Shown piece after piece: positions 50,301 through 63,263 of a stretch of 64,000 bases of DNA. The translations under genes and the position numbers were made by a program. The stretch is from Yuukianura sp. NJ FZ-2021. Its lineage: Eukaryota. The notes beneath the pieces are model-generated. The model did not search any database and was not told the origin of the DNA. It was given only the letters and a program-made list of their open reading frames with translations. The stretch's first letter is position 1. Each line of letters starts with the position of its first letter. Location of the stretch: positions 1,178,001 through 1,242,000 of the forward strand of contig CM102290.1 of NCBI GenBank assembly GCA_046563655.1, in the 5' to 3' direction.

Positions 50301-53300
50301 ACTATACTAGACTAAAAAAACAATTTTGGAAAGTAATTAACTCAGAATAGTTTGAAACAAAATTCAGAACATTAATTTGGTATTTTTAATTAATATATTT
50401 TCAAAAGTACCCAATAACTCAACTATTTTAATAGTTGAATTCCAAGTAGTTATTAGCTTTCTTATTAAGCAAAGGCAAATGATTTAAAAAGAAACCAACT
50501 TTTATGTTCCAGCGGCTTTTTTTGTTGTTAAAAAAATCTGGGGATGGAATTCACGGCCGGAATTGAATTTATGAGTTTTTGGAAGCTGGCTGGATGAAAA
50601 AGCAGATGAAAATAGGGGTCTTGTTCTGGCTAAAAATGAAACCTTTCAAAATCAAATTTGCGGGAAAGTTTAATTAATGCAGGAAGAATGCCTGGAAGTC
50701 AAGTGGGTGGAAGCACAATGGGATGGTTAAGTGAGTTATGGTTATGATTAGACCAATTGTGTGTGTCCCCTTTGGAGCACTCAAAATTCACACTTTCAGC
50801 CACCACAAACCTAACTTTACCTGCTGTCCTTACGCTTCCCTTTGAAACCAAAAGTGAAAGCGGGAAAGTTATGAAATGAACTAACATTTCTTAAATCTTT
50901 GTCCCACACAAGTGATTTACGCTTCAAGGCCTTTCTTCTCCCTGTTCCCTTTATGAAAAAAAAAGTTTTGCAGGCAGCCATTTAGGCTGTGTCAAAAACT
51001 TGTGTTTTTATTAGCTTTTAGTTTTGCCTCTGTGGCTTTTACTTCTGCCTTTTTCACTTGCTGCCTTAAAGTCTCCTTTCACTTTTCAAAGACACATGGT
51101 TCCTCCTTTTCATAATAAAAGCTTACCGTCTATGTCAGGTTATATTAATACTTTATTATTTACTTAAATAACATAATTAAATATTAAACTTAAAAAGTTT
51201 AATAGAAGACTTAAAAGAAATTTTGGCACAACGTTGGCGAGTGAAGAAACTCAACAATGTCTTGGAAAGCCTATCCAATTTCCGCCACGCCCACGAGTTT
51301 TTGCTTGAATTTTTTTCAAATTTGGTGACGTCTGTAATTTTCGCTCTAGTGACTTACAATTGTGGAAAGGAAGATTCCCACTAGAAATGGAATGAAATCA
51401 AATTAATTCCCATTACCTTCCCATCTAATTCCCACTCTAGGGAAATAGTAGTCTTTCTGACTGAAGAGAATGGAACCTTTGAGTGCCAAGTTGTAAGCGT
51501 ATTCCATACGTAACTACATTTCAGTAAAACAGCTGTACCTTGCGAGTAGGCGTTGCGGTTTTTTATAAAAAAAAAAGTGAAAGTGCGCTTATTGTATACA
51601 GGCAGACGCAGAGAGAGCGTGAAACTAAAATCACCTTTGCTGAATGAGTTTCTCCATAGGCAAAATATTATAGTAGTCGTCATTACCCAGACTCCTCGCG
51701 AAGGAATTTTTACCTCAACATCAACGGTCGTGGTGAGACTCCCAAAATTCAAAAAATCCGCCTCTCTCGGAGTCTTGTTTCTGATTTGACATTCCGCGTT
51801 CTTTCTGGGTCATGGGGTTAAGGACTCTGAGCAAGGTGAAAGTCGTTTTTCCCTAAATTCAATTTGAATACAAGTCATTTTTATTCGCTCCATGCCAGTT
51901 TAGATCCACATTTAGTACGTGTGACAGCCAAAGGAATTGGAGAAACGGAAGAAATGATAGGACATAAAAATAAGAACCCAAAAGTAGGCTTTCTCAGGCT
52001 CTACGTTTCTGCAACATTTTTCAAGATTTTGTTCCATTTCCTGGAAAACGGTCACTATATTCTCCGTTTTTATTCGAGTGATAAAGAGGATTCAATTAGA
52101 AACATTTCACTCCACACTCAAATAACATTGAGCTTAACTTTTCTGAAAAAAAAATGAAGTTTTTAGCTTTGATTTTTTTCAACTTAAATCTATTTTCATT
52201 CACAGCAATAAACCAGAAAATAACAAAAGCTGTTAAAAGTAAAAATAAATCGATGGTAAAAATTTCTTAAAGTGGAAGTGCGGAAAGCAAAAATTCATAT
52301 AATTGCTGTTTTTTGAATAAAAACTTCATAAAAAAATATTTCAATAGTTCAATGAGTTCAACAGTTTCACCATTTTTTTTAAACAGCGAAGTCAGCGTGC
52401 AACACTAGATTTATAGGACATAAGAAGTTTTTGTGTCTTTTTAAAAAAAACAGAATGTATCATTCTCATACAGAAACTAACAGTATAAGTATATGTTTCA
52501 AAATCAATGAACAATTTTGCGCACGCGTAAGCTTTCTCATGACAACATTTCTAGCCGTGAGGTCTGACATTGTTTGACACAAAAAGTTCTTGTTAACTTT
52601 AATTTTGTAACAAAATACTCTTAAAGGGAAGAGAATTAGTGACAGCAAATTATCTTTCGGAAAGTTCCTAACATCAGGAGCTGTACAGTTTCTAGGCAGC
52701 ATTCACGAAGAAAAACATTTTTAACAGGATACAAGAAGACTAGCTCCTGTCTCATTTATTTAGTCAAAATTAAAAAAGTAGCAGAAATAGACCGTGTCTC
52801 TCTGCTTAGGACAGAGAACAGTCAGTGCCGAAATCAATTTCAGGGAAAGTTCCCGCGTAGAACGCTTGTTCACAAAAAATGGAGTCAAAGAACACTTTCC
52901 TGCCTTGTTCCCATCTGACCTTAATTTCTTCAAAATGCTCAACGGTTCGTAAATTGTAAAAGTCAGTGGTGCGGAGTGTGAGGTGGTTTAGAAAGAAGTG
53001 AGAAAATGACAAAGATTTGTTCGAAGCCTCTGTTAAAGGCGTCTTCGAATACTCTAAATTGAAAAAGACAAAATATAATCCTAGATTTTCACAATTTTTT
53101 TTTCATCCGTCTTGTCTCTGATCTTTGCAAAAAACAGAAGACGATGTTGAAAGCTTCAACAACCGAAAAAATCTCCCAAGGTGTTGCTGATTTCCTTTGA
53201 ACTATTTCATTAAACCACCTTTTTCTAAACTCAAAGGCACTAAACACAAATTCTGCCCCAATAAAAAAAATCACCAAAACGAAACAGAATTTCGAAAAAA

Positions 53301-56300
53301 TACTACAAGCCAATTAAAAAAGCAGGCGTTGGGTGCTTTGTTAAGTTATGCATGCTACATCTTCTAAACCTATTACTAATTGGGCCTAATTTAAAAACTT
53401 TGAGACTGTTTTCTCGGATTTTGGAGAAAACAAGTTACAATAGTAAAGTAGAGACTGACTGTTGACTTCGACAGACGCCCATCTATTGGATTTTTGCCCA
53501 AACGGAATTGAAAACTTTGTTGAATATTCCGAAATCGTTTGGCTTCAAAAAAGGCATTAGAATCTGAACAATTTCCAGCTACAAAAATTATTGGATTCTA
53601 AATGTGTCAGAAGAAGAAGCTTACGGTAGCAGTTTGGAATGTGAGTTCCTCACGACATATAAATTAGAAGATTGATTTTGAAAAAAAAAACGGAAAAGCG
53701 ATTTGGAATCGGCCCCATTTCCAATGTTTCAAGAGGGGGGATGGATTTAAAGAAGTGGCGGGAAATGTAATGCATTATCTAAGAGACAGGTCGCCCTCTT
53801 ACTACAACACCTTTCAATTTCCAAATGTCATTTCCCCTTCCATTCCATTTGATTTGATTGCATTGGGTTCCATTCCGTGGACCATCCATGGTGGTGGTGG
53901 TTGCAAACCTTTCACTTTCCAACCATGCCTTTCACTTCCCACTTTCAAATATTGTAGACACTTCCGCTTCAACCATTTCTAATCCTCTTTTTTGGAATTC
54001 TAGAAATTAACAACCCAGAAGAGAAATCTAATCTAACCATGACTCTTCTACCAGTTCAAAGAACTCCAGCACAAAAGTTCAAACACTCAAACTACCCGCT
54101 ATGCATAAATGGGATTCTTCCACTTCTAACGCTGCTTTTTCCACACAATCTTTTGTCCTTACTAAAAAAATTAATGCAGAATCCAAACGTCCATCTTCTT
54201 TTTTCCTCACAATTTTTCATTCAACCTTACAAAGCCTTTTTGAGTACATTCCTGGTGCTTGTTCTGTTTTCAGAAAAAATTATTTGCATTCGCATTCTTG
54301 CACGTAGTACAGAGTAAATGTATCAAAAGCCAATTTTTAAATTACGATGAATTTGTTAAATACGGAGAAATTATGCATGCCGGGTTACAGTAAAAATTCA
54401 GCTGCTGTCTGAAAATGCGTAAAAACGTTATGTAAATGCAAAGGTGAACATTTTGGAAATTGTGCCAAGAGAAAGAGATGGAAAGCCTTAGTAGTCGTCG
54501 TATTTGTAAAAATGGAGCCTTTTCTATAGCCTATGCGTGTACATGGGATTAGTATGGTAAAAGGAAGAAATCTCTTGAGCTGCTCCATCCCCAAATACAT
54601 AATAATAACGTTGTTAACAAAAGAAAGTAACGTTGTTAGAAAGTAACAAAATCCCTACTGAAATCAATAAATAAATATGCAATTCTCCTGTCGCTTCCTC
54701 TTCTCTGTAGTAGATAGTACAGTGTCGCTTCAGAGCTAAGGAAAGTACTCTGGCAGGACGTGAAGGCTGTACAAAGGCATACACAATAGAGTGACTAACA
54801 TTCACTGGCACGCTTCACATGAAGTTTCAATCTACATTAATGTAACAATTCGCTCTTTTAATCTTGTTTTTTAAACACGGAGGAAAACATTTCCTGCACT
54901 TTTTTTAATAGTATTTGCATGCATGTAGACCGGAAGCGACTGGAACACGGTTATGGTTTTTATTCTTAGCTCAAGTAACAATGAAGGCTGAAAAAATGCT
55001 GCAACTTTGCGAGAAATAGTTTGCTAGCTTTAACACGAAATTACTCCGATTTGAACGACTCGGATACAAAAATATAAAAGTCTACAAAAGTTTCCCATAT
55101 AAGTTTAAAGAACTGTAATCGAAAAAGGAGAGAAATTACAATTGCAATACTTTCAATATTTGCTCAAGAAAACAGTTTCTCCAAAGTGTGAACATGTTGT
55201 TGAAGGTACTTTTTGAAAAATAGACTAAATAATTGTTGAACGTAAAAAGCAATAAGAAGACTTACAATGTAGCACAGAAAGGCGGCAGAATTCCAAACAA
55301 AGTGAAGCATTGTTTTCATGTTTTCATTATTGATAGCCTCCAGTGTCAAAGTTCAAGCTCCCAACAAATAAATGTCTTTTGAAACGACTCTCCAGTTTCT
55401 CTACAAAGTGAATTCTTTGAAGATCAAGAATATGTCTTGCCCACTTTTTCTGCTTTTATTGCTATTTGAGTCCATAAAAGTCCTAAGCGTACATAAACAG
55501 AACGGGAGTCGACCTAAACTCTACGCAAGCCTATGGACTTTTTATTTTGTGAGCAGTATTAACAAAACCTGGACTTTGCGTTACTGTCTAAGCTTGCTTC
55601 ACAACAAGTTTAAAAGTTACTGTCTCTCCCAGTTTCAAAATTCATAGCCGCTTTTCCTTTCTTCAGTTTTTTACGTTATTATGTCCTTTATTTTTCGTCT
55701 AATTCTAAAGAACTAAATGTTGATGCATACCCCTCTAAAAACAGATTTTTTAAAAAAATCTTTACTCCATATCCATTTTGAAAAACCATTCAAAAGTTTA
55801 ACTTATTTCTTAAATTTCGTCTCAAAGTACACTCAGAAAGAAGTGATGGATGAGTTTTTGTTTGACGTGGAAATTGAAGTGATTTGAGCCACAAATTCCT
55901 TTTTTGAAAAAACTTTCGTAAACTCAAGGATTTAAAGTATAAATTGATTTTCAGAACTTCCAACTAAATTTTCTTTTAAAGTTTGCGTAACTCCTTTTCT
56001 ATTCCAGGTTTTAAAAAAGCGGGTGAAAGTGCATGCAGATGTGTGGAACAGCGTTTATTACATTTTCAGTTCTTTGGAGATGAATGAGACCCGAGTGGAT
56101 TCCCCTTGTGTTATTATTTCCATTTTTCTATTCTGTTCAACTGTCACAACAAGTCGGTAGACGTAAATCACTTCCTTTTCTTGCTCACCCACAGTAGAAC
56201 CTATGGTGTAAGGCTCCTAGTGACACGCTCCTGAAACTGTTTCCCTCCATAACTAGGTATTGATCTATTCAATTTATGGGTTCGACCAGATTTGAACAGA

Positions 56301-57444
56301 AACAAAAGCAACTTACAAATTTGAAAACTCCCGCTCTTTCACCCATTACTCAAAGGCCGCCTGAAATGGGTTTCGGCAGACAGGCCAATTTTTCCTTTCC
56401 TTTTCCTAACCAAAAGTTCGACTCGGTTCAAAATTAATTTCAAACTGACAAAACCATATTGGAGGCGTCCTCATTTCTTTGTTTCATAAATTAGTTTAGG
56501 CTACACATTTGAGCATATAGTGACCCTCAAATAATGAAACGAAATGCTGTCGCATTCAAGCTCGCTTGTGAACTTGACCTTCTTTCTAAAAATCTTTTTC
56601 ATTCAGGAGAATTTTGTTCCCAAACCTTCCTATTCCAGAAGGTTTTTTTTTCCAAAAAAACAAACTTTCTCCCAGGAATTTCTGCTTTCAAAACCAAATC
56701 ACACAGATCCCGTTGCGGTAATACTTCCGGTGTACTTTCATTTACTTTCTCCCAGTCCTTGCGTCTAATCGACCTTCAAATGGAGTACCAAATTGACAGG
56801 GACACAAACAGAGTGCGGATTATAAATGAGCCTTCAACGGAAGTTGCCATCTCTGCCAACGCAAACGTCCTCCTTGTCAAAAAGGCGACGATGACCTGGG
56901 GACGTGTTGACTCGGAGAGTCATTCGAGAATTCAGAGCGCGTTCCTTCAATTTAGATGAAGGAAGGAGAGACATTGGTCGGGGGATTGGCTCACTTTGAA
57001 ATTAGAACACCATCTTCAGAAATTACTTGGTCCAAGGCCTTGATTAAAGGCGATGTCCACAACTTTGTCACCACAGTGGTTCCATTTGGACCAATTTGAA
57101 TTAATCTCCAACATCTTCAAGTCACAGTCACTTGGAGAATCTCAAATCTTTGATTAATTTGACCAAAATACAAACCATTCCAGAAACCAATTTAAGAAGC
57201 ATGTCGACTTCGATTGGGTTACACATTGATTTTCCTAAAGTAAACACAAAATTCCGGAATTTTTTCGTAAAAGTTTTCAAAAGCAAATCCAAAAGTTTCA
57301 AAGGAGAGAGAGTAAATGGTTAAAAAAAAAAAAGAAAACAAAATTTAACCTTATGAAAAATCTACATCGTAGAGAAGTAAGAGATTTTGAAATTTTAAAT
57401 CAGAAAAACTTTCAAGAAAAACTTTGTTTTGATTTTGTGCACAG

Positions 57445-57532
57445 GAATTTTGAGTGCAACGTCTTCATTCACGACCAAGTTTTCCGGCGGAGCAGAAAAC
57501 GTTGGTGGCTTGAATAAATCCACTTCACTTGG
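57445..57532 (+). CDS. Cadherin-domain protein, exon 2
   Basis: Acceptor TTTTGATTTTGTGCACAG. Phase 1-2, encodes (G)ILSATSSFTTKFSGGAENVGGLNKSTSL(G). Donor TGG|GTAAGT. Bridges the phases of the flanking exons exactly. Confidence 0.8.
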
Positions 57533-58024
57533 GTAAGTTTTTTGGCACTAAATTATACACACAAGGAAAAAAAGGGAAAGAATTTTTGCATATTTTTTGT
57601 TTATATTTTCCGTGTGCAGACGTAGGAAAAAGAGAAGAGCGTTTTTAATGGGAATATAGGGCAGGGATTTTGGTGTTGGTGAAAGCATAAAAGTTTGCAT
57701 TTGAGGCATATTGTTAAGGAAGGGAAGAACCGCAAGGAATAACTTACAGTTCCGGCACAGGGAGCCAAAAAGAACCGCCACAGAGTTCAACGTTAAGCTC
57801 AGCCATTTTTTTTTCTTCTTCCAGTTCCCGCCCTTCCAACTTTATTTTCTGGCCCACTTCCTAAACTTTTTTTTAATGCTTGACACGCTTTTCAAAAAAT
57901 TGTAAGTTCTCCTTTTACGCCTCTCCTTACCAGAAAACCAGGCAGAAAACAGTAGAGAGTCTTAACATATAATTTTAAAAAAGAGAAAGTGGTTCACTTT
58001 GGCGCCTTTTTTATTCTTTTCCAG

Positions 58025-58116
58025 AATGACGGGGCCTTGTGCCCATGGATTTGGTACTGAAGCTGACATTTGTGAATGTAATCCATGCTGGAGTGGACCG
58101 ACATGTCAAGATTATG
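58025..58116 (+). CDS. Cadherin-domain protein, exon 3 (EGF-like cysteine module)
   Basis: Acceptor TTATTCTTTTCCAG. Reads MTGPCAHGFGTEADICECNPCWSGPTCQDY, with a CxCxxxWxGxxC EGF-like terminus. Donor ATG|GTAAGA. Phase 2-1. Confidence 0.88.
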
Positions 58117-58750
58117 GTAAGAACTTTCTACTTGCTTCTCTCACTTTCTCTGCCTCCGTGACAAATAGTGACACAGCGACTGTCACCTCGGGCACGTCAC
58201 ACACCAACACTTTTAATCCTATAAATCATTTCTCTCTGTTCAACTTAACAAGGTCGACTGACACGTGAACCTTGTTGTGTCGTTTGCTAAAAAAAAACTA
58301 TTTTTATAAAACCTCAAATTGTCAATGAAAGTCTAACCCCATTGGTTTTCTTTTCAAAAACTAATTTTTGCTTTGCTCCGTTTAAACCTTAATTCCTCTT
58401 TCTTAACACAAAGTAAAGATGAAGTTTTTTAATAAAAGAAAGTTTTTAATTGAAAAGTAGGAAATAACTATGTTAATTTGAACTTGAAATGAAAATGAGT
58501 TGGCGTAGAAAGTCGCGTAAAAAGTGATTCACAATTTGATTTGATTTTGAAAAAAAAAACTGTTTTGGATTTTGTGACGTTTGTTTTGGTAGGAAACGTT
58601 TTCTGCTTTTGTGGTACGGCGGGATCTGATTTATTTGAAATGAAACGGAGGGGGAGGGGGAAGGGGGCGATGGAAACACATAATCATGGGAACTGAATGA
58701 AATAGGAACAGAATCTGAATTGTGCACGATTTCTTCAGAACCACAACCAG

Positions 58751-58768
58751 CACACACACACACACACA
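58751..58768. repeat. (CA)9 microsatellite
   Basis: Read directly from the sequence. Confidence 0.8.
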
Positions 58769-59888
58769 ACAACGGTGGATCCACTTGAGAATATAAAGTG
58801 AAAGTAAAAAAAAGAATAAGGGAACTCAATAAGGCAAAGGTAGGAATTGGGAGGCAGTGAGCTTAAAATGGAAAGAAATGGAGGTTTGGCGAGAGATTTT
58901 GATTTTTTGATTTCCTCTATACAGAACCAACTCTTTTTTAGTATAGTGTTTTCGGACTGTTTTTTTTTTCAGGAGAAAGTCAGGATTTAGGGCCATAGCC
59001 CAAAAAAAGATTTGAAGGAATGTAAGTTGGTGCGGTTTTTTTGGCCTTTACAGTTCATAGCGAATTCTATTTTCAATTTTTTTGATTTTCCTGGATTTCG
59101 ATTTGATGGTGGTCCACATGGAGGAATTCTCAAAGTTACTACTATACAGTACTCTGCTGGAGCTACAAACACAGTAGACAGTAGTAAGTGCGAGACACTT
59201 CTTCAAAAGTGAAAGCAAAATCGGAGATATCAAGTGACAGAAGGAAAAGTGAACCCCGCCGGAACGGCGCTAAAAGTCATGTTCTTTGCATTATTCCAAA
59301 CTCCTGCTCGCGTCGTTTTCACATTTCGAGAAAAAAAAACTCTTTTTTTTTTTTGGAGAAATATGACCTCTGGTTCTAGAAAATCATTATTCTCACCATA
59401 TCAGTCACTCAAATCGACCAAAAATATCTTTAAAACCAATTTTGAGAAGAAACAAAATTGAGTGCTTTCATTTTCTTCTTGGACGAACACAATTTTTAAA
59501 TTGCAAAAATGATATATGTTATAATACTGACAAACGCCAGAGTAAACGATATGAAAATGGATGAGGTGCAGAAAAGCACAAGAAGTTATAATTAATGACT
59601 TCTGACGTTGGCTCACAAATCCACTTCCTTGCGGTTGCAAATTGGTATACAATGCATAAAAATAATTCACATGAACTTTTCATTTTATTCCAAAAAAACG
59701 GTGAAAATTTAAGTTCATTTTTTACAGTTGTACCAAATCTAAAAATTAAGATACTTCCTGATGATTACACCTCAAATTCTTGTAAATGGATCAAAAGTCA
59801 AAAGCGCTGTCATATTTTCATAAAAAAAATTGTTCTGATTCTCACCGCTCAGCACCTCTCATTTCTTTCATTATATTTTTTGCAACAG

Positions 59889-60272
59889 TCGACAGATTTT
59901 CGCCTCGATTTTTGGCAGAGGAACCATTCTTCATTCTGAATTACGAGGCGTGGCAAAGGCAGACCTCATCAAAATTCGGCACACCGCCCGTCGGTGGTGA
60001 CGATGTCGGCGGAACAGCCTCACCGACAAGTATTGACCGGAGTGAGAGCCCTTTGTTCCGTATTGAGGCTTCAGATGATGACCTCGGCCTTACTTGTCAA
60101 CTGGGGGAAGTGGGCCCTTCTGCCACATGTCCCTGCGCCACGCCACGCTACTCTGTCATAGGCCAGAGTTCAGAGACGTTCTACGCTGACCCTGAGACGG
60201 GCGACATCTTCCTACGGAATGGCAGAATTCTGGAGGCGGGAAAACAATATTTCATTACTCTTCAAGTGTCGG
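59889..60272 (+). CDS. Cadherin-domain protein, exon 4 (cadherin-like repeat)
   Basis: Acceptor TTTTTTGCAACAG, phase 1-1. Cadherin-like motifs: DRFSPRF (DxxxxPxF-like), IEASDDD (AxDxD), RYSV...FYADPETGDIFL, YFITLQV. Donor CGG|GTGAGG at 60273. Confidence 0.9.
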
Positions 60273-62112
60273 GTGAGGAACTAAGGCTTAATTAAGAACG
60301 GCAGTGGCTTAGAGCCAGGTCCAAATTGGACAATTAAGGACCCACGGAGAACTCCAATTTGTTCTTATTAAGTCCACAGTCACCCCAGTTATTATTGGGC
60401 TCTGTCCAACACTAACACAAAACCCAGACGACCTTTGTTGACCTACAAACAAACTTGGCACAGAAATAGGTCCAAGTTCGCAAAAGGAAATTAGCGAAAG
60501 ACAGAAATTCATTTATGGATTTGAATAAGAAAGCAGTTAAGCTTTTTAGAAAAAAAAAACAATACCGATGCAGCTAAAATGAGTGGAATTTTGACAAAAC
60601 CATCCACTTTGAACTTAATGGAGCCCGATCCTATGTAACTCCTAATCCGCATTAAATTCGAGTACATTGATTTCTGATTTTTGTAAAATGGGCGATTACA
60701 ATAGAATTTTTGGCACTTGTATTGATACTGTTGTACAGTGATTTTCAGAGTAGTCCGTGAGTTTGCTTAATCTAAACCGTTTGGTCAGTTTTCTTGTAAT
60801 CGAAAAGCGAAAAGTGTCTTAAGCGCATGAAAGGAAGCGCTAAAAACAAATAATCCAATTTTCATCTTGTGAAATCCATCACAAAAAAAAATTCTTGAAG
60901 AAATGCCCAGGAATTTTATTGTGTTCGTGATTCCGGGTTTAGGAGAATTGAAATCTGGTGAAGTTAAGTAGAACGGAATGATGGTCTCGTCTTTCTAATT
61001 TCCATAACTGTCACTTACAGAATCTTCAGTAGAACTCCTAATACTTCCTCCTAATATTCTTTAGGAATTCTGGGAGGATGCTCAAGGAGGTTGAAAAGTC
61101 TTCCTGTGTACTGGTTTCAACTTTTTAGGAAGGAAACTTCAATTTTTAGGCTCAGATTTCCTGAATAGTTTCAGAAGCCTTTCTCCCTATCACCCCAACC
61201 CAGTTACAGCCAAGAAGATAAAAAGATTTGGACCATTTTCCTCAGCATCTATTTCCTTCAGTTTCCTTTACTAAGCTTATGAAGATTTTCCTCAGCTTCG
61301 TTCCTCACTTCCTCTATGATGAACTGGCACCGTGCACCAGTTGACTCGGATGCTAAGAGATAGAGCCTAACCTAGCCTTCGAGAGAAAACCTCAGTCTCT
61401 GCCTCCTGTGAGTCTCCTGCTGCCTTGGTGAGGCAGATGCTTTCTCCTTTCGTTCATAATTCCCTAGAGGCGACCTCACTTTCTCCGTCAGAATATTTGG
61501 GTTAGTGTGAATGACTCCAGAGTCAAGTCCTCAGAGAAATACGCCACGACATGTTGAACTTCCTCCTAAGGAAAGGAAGAAAAGAAGTGAAAGGAATCCT
61601 TTCATCGAGACACTAAGGTTAGGACGGATAAGTGAATTAACTAACCACTCCACTCCGCAAGTCTCCACACCACCGGAATATCAACAAACTTCCGGCAAAA
61701 CTGGTTCATTCAACCACTCTTCCATTGTGGGGGAGGAAAGGGCAAGGTCAAATTCAACTTTGAGAAAAATAATCCTTGAAGACACTTAGTGATTGGTATA
61801 CTTCTTAAGCCATTACATGCTAAAACACCTAACCATAACTGAAACTTTTTCTCTGATGAATAACGTCAATTGTGATTAAGGTTTTTTGAGTGTCAAATGA
61901 GTAAATAGACTCCTGTTTTTTTTTATAAAAAAAAAATGGAAATTGGTTTGAAAATTCAATTCTTGTTTTAGGAACATATTGCGATTGGGCGAACAAAAGA
62001 AAGCATAAGGGTCAAAGGTTTTTTCTTTTAGGTTTGGAAAGAATTGTGTAGGAAAAACGGAAACAGGAAATGACATTTTTTCGTTTGAAAATTGTAATTT
62101 CTGAAATTTCAG

Positions 62113-62378
62113 CTCTGAAAGTTAAGGATGCAGTTCAGGAGGACTGGAAGGAGGAAATTAGGGCTCGACTCTTTGTTCGTGCTGAAGAGGAAAGAACCAC
62201 AGCGGAAGTCACCAAAATCCTGCTCGACTACCTCAAGTTTTCAGATGCGGAATTTGAAAAGGATGCCGAAGAAAATTCGGCCTTGTCTCCTGAAGAGGCC
62301 CAAAGTCTCTATACAGCCCACTATCTGCCAAGGGCCAGTGACCTACACTCCAGTTCAACTTTTAGATACAAGAGACAG
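62113..62378 (+). CDS. Cadherin-domain protein, exon 5 (linker ending in a furin-type site)
   Basis: Acceptor CTGAAATTTCAG, phase 1-0. Reads (A)LKVKDAVQEDW...SSSTFRYKRQ. Donor CAG|GTCAGT. Confidence 0.85.
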
Positions 62379-63131
62379 GTCAGTGTTGATATTTTTTGAA
62401 AATTTTGAATCCAAAGTTTTTGCACTTTAATCTATCATGTGAAAGCTCATACTACAACATGTTACAAGCCAGACGCCTACAGCTACTTTTTAGTTCTCAG
62501 ACCGAATTTCAATTCCGTTCAAACTTGCTCATCTTTTTCTCTGTCTGATTTTTGATTTATTTCCAGATTCGGAGGAGGAAAAAAAGACAAGGGCGGGAAG
62601 ATGGAGGAGATTCGAAAATTCAAATTTCCTTTGACTCAGGGCAAATGCGCTGGGAAAGTTTCCATGATGAGGACAGAATTAAAGTTGGGATTCGAATTCA
62701 ACTTCCAGCAGTCGCCTTGAGGCCAAACTTTGGAATCGAGGTGAAAAACAATGGGAAAGAATTACTTTCTTTTTCTATTATTACTTTCTCCCGCCAACAA
62801 CCTTCATGTTCTTCTTTTCTTTTTTCAACTTTTCCGTCTGGCCCTTTCCTTTTGAAAACTTTTGAGTCCATAAAAGAACTTTCACCGTTTCTTTTAAAAA
62901 AAAGTGTGAGAAAAAAAAGTGAAAATACTTCTTTCATTTTCTGACAAAAACTTTTTAATATTTTTATTCATGAAATGTTGCCAGACCTCTTATGACTTTA
63001 TTTGAGGAAAGGAAGGCTGGAACCAAGTTTAAAATTCTCAGCAGGGTGGCTTCAAATTTTGCTTTTCTTTTTACAAAAAAACAATGTTTAAAGTTTTAAC
63101 TTTGATTTTACGTTTTTAATTTGTTCTCCAG

Positions 63132-63263
63132 GTTTCAATCAAGGATCAGGTCGAAGGACACAGAATTGGAATCCATTCTGGAAATATTACGAAGGGAATA
63201 TCACTCATGGTCAAAGCGCCGACTCCTTCTTACACGTTTCTCAATGATATCGATACTCGCATC
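63132..63263 (+). CDS. Cadherin-domain protein, exon 6 (gene continues beyond the window)
   Basis: Acceptor TTTTGTTCTCCAG, phase 0-0. Reads VSIKDQVEGHRIGIHSGNITKGISLMVKAPTPSYTFLNDIDTRI. Donor ATC|GTAAGT. Confidence 0.78.

Noticed and set aside
56534..56959. 141-aa ORF upstream of cadherin exon 2
   Set aside because: No domain, and no splice sites needed, because exons 1 and 2 already join in phase.
61511..61789. 92-aa ORF in cadherin intron 4
   Set aside because: No acceptor or donor support, and the flanking exons join in frame without it.
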